Shown here piece after piece: positions 58,122 through 64,000 of a DNA stretch of 64,000 nucleotides. The stretch comes from Methanothrix sp. (GTDB lineage Archaea > Halobacteriota > Methanosarcinia > Methanotrichales > Methanotrichaceae). Location of the stretch: positions 18 through 64,017 of the forward strand of contig JANYKI010000026.1 in NCBI GenBank assembly GCA_025361645.1, written 5' to 3'. Each line of letters opens with the position of its first letter. Position 1 is the stretch's first letter. The notes below the pieces were generated by a model. It worked only from the letters and a program-made list of their open reading frames with translations. It did no database searches and had not been told where the DNA came from. A program made the position numbers and the translations under genes.

Positions 58122-59162
58122 CTACAATACTATAAATCCATCCGCTGTTCTTACTACCTTTACCTCTTCTCCGGGCTCAACCTGCAAATCCCTGGGACGA
58201 GCCGCGAAAGCTGTCCTGTAAGTCTCCGGATCCATGATCTCCAGAACGTCATCATCTTTGGATATCACAGTCGCTGCTAGCGCATCGGCAGTATTCCCCA
58301 AAATCACTACCGTCTCTGAGTCCTCCTCGTTCATGGAAGACCTGCGGCGCTCTCGAAGAGAGGAGATGAGCGTCGCTTTGCCGTCAAAGCCGGCCACAGA
58401 GAAGAACGATCCCCGGAAAGATACAATGTCACCTCGCTTAAGTCTTGGTAACCTGATCAACAGGGTAGAGCGGTACACATTGCGACTGTCCTTTTTGCCT
58501 ACCAGCTTGGCAGTTTCCAGGAGCCTGCCGCCAAAGCGCTCGACAAATGCACGGGCCATGCGTCTGCCTAGCTGCGTTGAGCCCAGGATGATATCCAAGC
58601 CGCCTTTGACCTCCTTCATCTCCTGGATAAAGGATAGATGGTCTCCCCCGTGATAACCGGAGTTTGCCATATCCTGGGCGGTCTTCTTGCCCTCTTCAAT
58701 CTCTCTTTGTGTCATGGATCGGACGGTATTTCCGCGTAGTTGGACTGTGGACTGGAAGTACTTGCCGGCCATGCGGCTACAGCGATCGCAGGCCATCAGT
58801 TTAATGCGGACAGGAATTTCGCATTGCTCACTTATGCTCTGGCCCCTGAAACTGCCATTGATATTGATTTTTGCCAGATATCGGGTGGCTCCAACTTTTC
58901 GGAGGTCAAGCTCAATCTGCGGCTCTGCTAACTCTTTATGAAGACAAAGTGCATCTATTGCCGCTTGATGGGCCTGCTCCTCCACAGAGCGGCTGTCTGG
59001 AAGCTGCCACCTGGCTTTTGCCTGCCGGGCGCCGCAAACGGAACAGATGACCACTTCGACCTGGTCGGGACAGATAACCATCTTTGCTTTTTCCAGGGTG
59101 CATTGTCGGCAGAGCCCTTCATCAGTTGGCAGGCCGCACCGGTGACAGATGGCTTGCATCAC
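58122..59162 (-). CDS. nmd3: NMD3-family ribosomal export/maturation protein
   Basis: CHRCG...C, CSVCGA, CDRCSR..GKYFQSTVQLR. Confidence 0.92.
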   Translation of the reverse strand: MMQAICHRCGLPTDEGLCRQCTLEKAKMVICPDQVEVVICSVCGARQAKARWQLPDSRSVEEQAHQAAIDALCLHKELAEPQIELDLRKVGATRYLAKININGSFRGQSISEQCEIPVRIKLMACDRCSRMAGKYFQSTVQLRGNTVRSMTQREIEEGKKTAQDMANSGYHGGDHLSFIQEMKEVKGGLDIILGSTQLGRRMARAFVERFGGRLLETAKLVGKKDSRNVYRSTLLIRLPRLKRGDIVSFRGSFFSVAGFDGKATLISSLRERRRSSMNEEDSETVVILGNTADALAATVISKDDDVLEIMDPETYRTAFAARPRDLQVEPGEEVKVVRTADGFIVL

Positions 59163-59494
59163 ATTCTCACCATCTGAGCGTAAAGAACTCCATTGATGGA
59201 GAGGACACAGTCTCTCTCCACGTAGCCCAGGGAGATGGCATGCTCGACGGTTTTGCAGCCCACGAAGTTGGCCATTGTTGCCGCAGCGAGTGCCGCTTCA
59301 ACCTCGGTACTAGAGGCCTTTTCGCCTCCAAAAAAATCAGGGCTGACATCTATGCACAAATGGCCCTCGGAAAATTTCTTTCCCATGATATCGCAGTCAC
59401 AGACTGCAATGAGGGTATGTGCTCCATGTTGGTGGCTTTTCAAATACATCTCTTTCCTTTCCGTCTCTTCAGGCATATCGGACATGGCAATCAT
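59159..59494 (-). CDS. DUF424 family protein
   Basis: IAVCDCDIMGK...FFGG...ANFVG. Confidence 0.9.
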   Translation of the reverse strand: MIAMSDMPEETERKEMYLKSHQHGAHTLIAVCDCDIMGKKFSEGHLCIDVSPDFFGGEKASSTEVEAALAAATMANFVGCKTVEHAISLGYVERDCVLSINGVLYAQMVRM

Positions 59495-59576
59495 GATGAA
59501 TTAGTTTATTGGCTCTTATTTGCCGTTTTTTAGTTTCCGGCTCTATGAGATACCACAATCATTCCTTTGCTTGTAT

Positions 59577-62156
59577 TTAAGGCAGCTTGAGCATTCCCGG
59601 TCGGGGCTCAAATACATCCCCATCTCTTCTCATGCGGTCGATGATCTCTTCCGCTTTAGCTCTTTCTATGCCAAGCTCCACGGCTCTGTCCAGGACGGCG
59701 TCCCTGGGGGCCGGGCCCTGTTGCTCACGGCTCACATCCCTTATGATGTCGATCACCGATTTAGTTCTATCTCTGCTGCTCTTGGTGGTGCCTGAGGCAA
59801 TGATGTCCGCATCCAAAAAGCCCGTCTCCGGATCGACGCCAACTTTCCGCAGACATGCTTCCAGGATCTTGACTACCCGCTTGGCATCATCCAGGGTGAC
59901 TTTATCGGAGAGGCGAAGGCGAGCGCTGGCCTCACCCAGGCGTATGAGCGCCTCCAGTTGCCGGGCGGTGACGGGCACAGGCTTGTTGGAGTCCTGGCCC
60001 TGGCTCCGGAGACCGACGTAGTACTTGAGGAAGTAATCTTTGGCCCCATCACTCAAGGTTGGGAATATGTTCTTTCGGGCATAGGCCACATACTTTCGCA
60101 GCATCTCCGGATCAATGACCGGCATTATCACCATCAGGGCGTTGTCGATGTCCTCTTGAGATATATCCGGGTTCCAGGCGGCTTGGGTGGCCAGCTCACC
60201 CGCATAGTTGCTCTTCAGGATGTGTTGAGCGATGGCCGAATCCCTCTTGGTGTCCGGATCGTCGGTCAAAACGAAGATCAGATCGAAACGGGACATGAGT
60301 GCAGGGGTGAGGTTGATCTGGGGGGCGATGGGCTCGAACTTGTCGAAGCGGCCAAGCTTGGGATTGGCGGCGGCGAGCAGTGAGCAGCGCGACTTAAGGG
60401 TGGCCATGACACCGGCCTTGGCGACGCTGATCGTGTTATGGAGAACAAGGCCCTGGGAGATGAAGGTATGGGTGGGCTCGACGGTTACATCATAAACGAA
60501 ATCGGTAAAGTGCTCGCCCTGATTTGCGACTACTTTAACATCAATGATTTTCAGAGATCCTATCTCATTTGATTTCAATGCAGGGACGATATCTCCTGCT
60601 TTTATCTGGCAGGCTGGGATGCAAGCGATCCCATCTTTAGCAACATAAACGGGGTGTTCAGGGGTAACCAAGATCTCTTTGCCATTGGAGAAAGTTATAG
60701 CAATGAAATGGTCTGGGGCCCCGTGCCTGCTCACTCTATCAACCGGCAGATCGAAGATTCGGCTCATGTCGGTGCTTTTTATTTTAACATCCTCATGGAG
60801 CGGCAGTATCTCGCAGTCCTTTCCGGGAATTATCTCTAAAGGCCGGTCCGCCATCATCCGGTCTATAAACTCGCCGATCTGCACCTTTCGCCCGTCGGCT
60901 AGCTGGATCTCTGTTAGAGGATGATAGCTCTGCTGCTCCATGGCCTCGTGCAGTGCGCTCTTGTCCTCGTTGTCCATCTTGTCCATCTCGTCTATGGCGG
61001 CGATGCCCTTGTCCGCCAGGACCAGTGCTCCGGCCTCGATGGTCCATCGTCCGTCGCCCAGCTCATCCTTGACCGCAGTGGCTGTCAGGCCGGCGGAGGT
61101 GGAGCTCTTGCCCGAAGTGTAGATGCCGCGAGGCGAGATCTTGATCATGTAACGCAAAAGCTGAGATTTGGCTATCCCAGGATCGCCCACCAGCAAGATG
61201 TGGATGTCGCCACGGATGCGCGCTCCGTCCGGCAGGTGCTTTTCGAAGCCCGAGACCAACTGCAGCGCTAACGCCTCTTTCACATCGTCGTAGCCGTAGA
61301 TGGAGGGAGCGATGGATCCCCTGATCTTTTCGTAGATCTCCGGATCACAGGACATCTCCATGATCTGCCTCTCCTCCTCGGGATCGATCTCAATATCCTC
61401 GAACTCCTGCTCCGTCATCTCCACACTGATGCCTTTGTGAACGAGGTCGAAGTAGGTGCTCTTGCCCTGCTGAGGAGATGAGCGCTGATAGGACCGGAGT
61501 ATGCCGTTGACGATAACGCGGTCGCCGGGAAAGATCCTGCCGGCCAGGTCGTCCTCCAGCTCGACGTCGAGCGTCTGCGGCTGCGCTCCGCCCCGCAGGT
61601 CCTCAGGGGACTCCTGCACCCTGATCTTCTGGGCATCCACGAACTTGGACTGGGCCAGCAAGAGCTTGAAGGGGCCGCCCCGGTCACAGGCCTGGTTCAT
61701 GCACTTGAGACTCTGGTCCTCGAATTTGTTGCCCGCCTGCTCCTTGAAGAAGGTGAAGCCGCACCTCTGGCACTGGAAGGCGGCAGAGATGATTTTGGGC
61801 CGGACCTCGGTGGCGGTGCGCACCAGCCCGTCGATGGCCAGCAATTTGCCGATGTGGTCGGAACGAAGCTCCCGGGTTTTGAAATGACGAGGCAACTCCG
61901 CGATGCGCACATGGGCCCGGTCCATGTAAACATCCATGGGCAGGTCCAGCTCCAGGAGGGCAGCGTGGGCCGCTTCCAGGATCTGCTCCGGATTTTCCAG
62001 CAGCTCCTCGGCGAATTCGGAATCGAACTTGTCAATGTCAGAGAAGCGAATCTTCAGGCTGCGCTCGTCGGGGTAAGAGTCGGCCAGCTTCAGCAGCTCA
62101 TCCCAGTAACGGGAGCGGAGGAACTCCGCCCATTTGGCAACAGGATCGGCGGGCAT
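59577..62156 (-). CDS. mcm: replicative helicase MCM, containing one intein
   Basis: HILLVGDPGIAKSQLL, IDEMDKM, SRFDLIF, RQLEALIR. Confidence 0.98.
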   Translation of the reverse strand: MPADPVAKWAEFLRSRYWDELLKLADSYPDERSLKIRFSDIDKFDSEFAEELLENPEQILEAAHAALLELDLPMDVYMDRAHVRIAELPRHFKTRELRSDHIGKLLAIDGLVRTATEVRPKIISAAFQCQRCGFTFFKEQAGNKFEDQSLKCMNQACDRGGPFKLLLAQSKFVDAQKIRVQESPEDLRGGAQPQTLDVELEDDLAGRIFPGDRVIVNGILRSYQRSSPQQGKSTYFDLVHKGISVEMTEQEFEDIEIDPEEERQIMEMSCDPEIYEKIRGSIAPSIYGYDDVKEALALQLVSGFEKHLPDGARIRGDIHILLVGDPGIAKSQLLRYMIKISPRGIYTSGKSSTSAGLTATAVKDELGDGRWTIEAGALVLADKGIAAIDEMDKMDNEDKSALHEAMEQQSYHPLTEIQLADGRKVQIGEFIDRMMADRPLEIIPGKDCEILPLHEDVKIKSTDMSRIFDLPVDRVSRHGAPDHFIAITFSNGKEILVTPEHPVYVAKDGIACIPACQIKAGDIVPALKSNEIGSLKIIDVKVVANQGEHFTDFVYDVTVEPTHTFISQGLVLHNTISVAKAGVMATLKSRCSLLAAANPKLGRFDKFEPIAPQINLTPALMSRFDLIFVLTDDPDTKRDSAIAQHILKSNYAGELATQAAWNPDISQEDIDNALMVIMPVIDPEMLRKYVAYARKNIFPTLSDGAKDYFLKYYVGLRSQGQDSNKPVPVTARQLEALIRLGEASARLRLSDKVTLDDAKRVVKILEACLRKVGVDPETGFLDADIIASGTTKSSRDRTKSVIDIIRDVSREQQGPAPRDAVLDRAVELGIERAKAEEIIDRMRRDGDVFEPRPGMLKLP
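60435..60929 (-). mobile_element. 165-aa mini-intein in MCM, inserted at EAMEQQ|TISVAKAG
   Basis: Begins SYHPLTEI (Ser1); block B VTPEHPV; block F VYDVTV; ends LVLHN before Thr+1; too short for a LAGLIDADG domain. Confidence 0.95.
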
Positions 62157-62243
62157 TATCAGAGTGGTGGTAAGAAGACAAAGTATCTAAAGCTATGCGG
62201 TGCGGGGCGAAGGTAACCACTCTTTGCAAGACCTACTTTTTGG

Positions 62244-62669
62244 TTAACCTAAGCCAAAAATAATATCTTTCTTTTCTCTTAAATAATTTCCGGGACCGGT
62301 TGTCACATATGCTGCGACAAGTATTTTCTCAAGAGCATTTTGTATGTTGTCCTTGGACTCAATCCTGTCTGCAAGGAGCTTAAGCCCATCGCAAATCTCT
62401 TCAAAAAGAATATCATCAAGCGGTACAGTTTTATCGCCGGCCTTGAGACGATTTAGCCTATCTGTCAGAAGGTTGTATGCACCCTGGAGGACAAAATCAG
62501 CTAAAAGGAAGTCTTTGGTGAAGGAATATCTGAATGTCCTGCTGGTTATGCCATATGCTGCCGAAAAGTAGTATATCTTTTTTTCAACTGAGCTTTCACG
62601 CCGCATTAAATTCTCAACACGCCTAAGCTCCTGTACGAGCTCTCTCCGGAAAAAATCATCATGCTGCAT
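62244..62669 (-). CDS. helical hypothetical protein
   Basis: 141 aa; start overlaps the upstream wHTH gene; AT-rich islet. Confidence 0.7.
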   Translation of the reverse strand: MQHDDFFRRELVQELRRVENLMRRESSVEKKIYYFSAAYGITSRTFRYSFTKDFLLADFVLQGAYNLLTDRLNRLKAGDKTVPLDDILFEEICDGLKLLADRIESKDNIQNALEKILVAAYVTTGPGNYLREKKDIIFGLG

Positions 62670-63162
62670 CTGTTACACCCATCGTAATTATGCTGTTCGG
62701 AAAATCCCGAGCATCTCTGAAGATTGCACTCTCCTTTACCTCGGTCTGACTTTCGAATGGTTCCCTAATCCAGCTTGCAACCTCCTCTGAGAGGGGCAGG
62801 GGCTTAGGAGTGCAAACCGGAGTATGATGCATTCTGTATTCTCCGATCTGGTATAGCATCTCTTCACCCAGCATCTGCTCTACCAAGCGATTGTTGAGAT
62901 TCTCGAATACTTCAATAAAGTCCGAGTTTTCATTCAAGGAGTAATATTTGGTTCTGCCATGTGTGCTAGCAACCTTCATCAATCCCCATTTCGCGAACTT
63001 TTTTACTATGCGATCCACTGTGGGCCTGGATACACTAATCTCCTCCGATAGCTCAGATAGATTAAACTCCAATCCCTTTAACGGGAGAAGAAATTCGATT
63101 ATCTTTAGCTCGCAGCCATTTCCCAGCAGGCCCTCGAAAGGCATTGCCACTAGTCTCACCAA
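62659..63162 (-). CDS. winged-helix (ArsR-like) regulator
   Basis: NLSELSEEISVSRPTVDRIVKKFAKWGL...RTKYYSLN. Confidence 0.8.
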   Translation of the reverse strand: MVRLVAMPFEGLLGNGCELKIIEFLLPLKGLEFNLSELSEEISVSRPTVDRIVKKFAKWGLMKVASTHGRTKYYSLNENSDFIEVFENLNNRLVEQMLGEEMLYQIGEYRMHHTPVCTPKPLPLSEEVASWIREPFESQTEVKESAIFRDARDFPNSIITMGVTDAA

Positions 63163-63217
63163 ATGAACCTTATCTTTTTTTAGTATATAGCTATTTTGCT
63201 ATTATGTAAAATCAATT

Positions 63218-63505
63218 TTACAATCTCCTGATCCGCCCTTGTGTTACTGAGTAGTCATGCTGAGCAAGCGCAGAAAATGCTTTTGGTTTGTCACAAATGT
63301 AATATTTGGGAGGACTTTTTCCTATCGACGATAGATAGCCCTCATTTACAAGTCTCTTAATGACGTCCTTCGCATCTTTGTTGAACTTTTTCCGAAAGAG
63401 CTTGTTCAGTTTATCTGAATGATAGCCGGCATCCGATTTAAAATTGCGCTTTAAATAGAGCAGATTTATGATAAATAATTCCTCATCACCCAAGTTACAA
63501 GTCAT
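63218..63505 (-). CDS. small basic hypothetical protein, possible winged-helix-like fold
   Basis: 95 aa; DAKDVIKRLVNEGYL...KYYI. Confidence 0.65.
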   Translation of the reverse strand: MTCNLGDEELFIINLLYLKRNFKSDAGYHSDKLNKLFRKKFNKDAKDVIKRLVNEGYLSSIGKSPPKYYICDKPKAFSALAQHDYSVTQGRIRRL

Positions 63506-63587
63506 TATTTCCAGCCATTGTTCTTCAAATTCTCTTTACATATTTAATTAGCGATGCGGCGGGCGAAATCCATGCCCACCCCCTGCT

Positions 63588-64000
63588 TTACCCGCCCCCC
63601 AATATCTCCCTAATCGCCCTCTGGCTCTCTTCAGGCGTCCCTCTGGTGTTGACCTCATGTACCTTTGCTCGGGCAAAGAGTGCCTGGAAGAAGTGGCTTC
63701 GGAGGTGCATCTTGAAGTCGCTTTTTACCAGCAAATGAGGATTAAAGTAGCCGTTTGCTTCCAGTATAGCCAGCGCCTCCTTGCCGTCCAGCTCGCGCAC
63801 AGTCTCCTCCTGGCTGGGATCGCGCCTCAGCAGGATCACATTCTCCAGCGTCGTCAGTGGCAGGATGCGACCCTTGCCGATTACCCAGCGTAGATCCACC
63901 ACCGCCCGCCCCAAATCATCGAAGACGGCTTTATCGACCAGCCCGGAAAATTCCTTCCAGATATCGGCCAGATCGGCACGAATGTAGAAGTTCTTCTCCG
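63588..64000 (-). CDS. C-terminal part of an HPr-kinase-related P-loop protein; start lies beyond the window
   Basis: Open frame EKNFYIR...VILLRRDP...FNPHLL to the stop at 63588. Confidence 0.6.
   Translation of the reverse strand, partial: EKNFYIRADLADIWKEFSGLVDKAVFDDLGRAVVDLRWVIGKGRILPLTTLENVILLRRDPSQEETVRELDGKEALAILEANGYFNPHLLVKSDFKMHLRSHFFQALFARAKVHEVNTRGTPEESQRAIREILGGG

Overview
Archaeal DNA from a methanogen of the Methanosarcinales type; Methanothrix is my best inference, from methanogenesis marker protein 11, gene order and codon style. Most of the window is conserved housekeeping: the rpl15e-RNase P-proteasome-exosome-prefoldin superoperon (8.2-15.5 kb), the S10/spc ribosomal protein cluster with secY, cmk and cbf5 (28.8-44.7 kb, minus strand), truD, pth2, dnaG, nmd3, an mcm carrying a 165-aa mini-intein, tRNA-Arg(TCT) and an intron-containing tRNA-Ser(GGA). 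Accessory segments are: the trailer end of a CRISPR array with no cas genes in the window (1-536); a direct-repeat-flanked divergent gene pair; a vWA/TelA operon; two broken STAND-TPR genes; and a TetR-ABC transporter unit. The most unusual feature is at 3.2-7.3 kb, where a ~300-bp composite repeat recurs every 929-981 bp. The repeat has a GC-rich arm, an AT-rich TATA-like core, a variable number of CACAGAG heptamers and a conserved tail. It separates unrelated, co-oriented cargo genes (acylphosphatase-like, two different hicBA modules, a divergent nitrilase-fold gene) in a cassette-array layout. Partial copies of the repeat border other accessory islets at 1.4 kb and 48.1 kb. No recombinase or intact transposase is present in the window. 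All protein calls come from motif recognition by eye; no database search was run.
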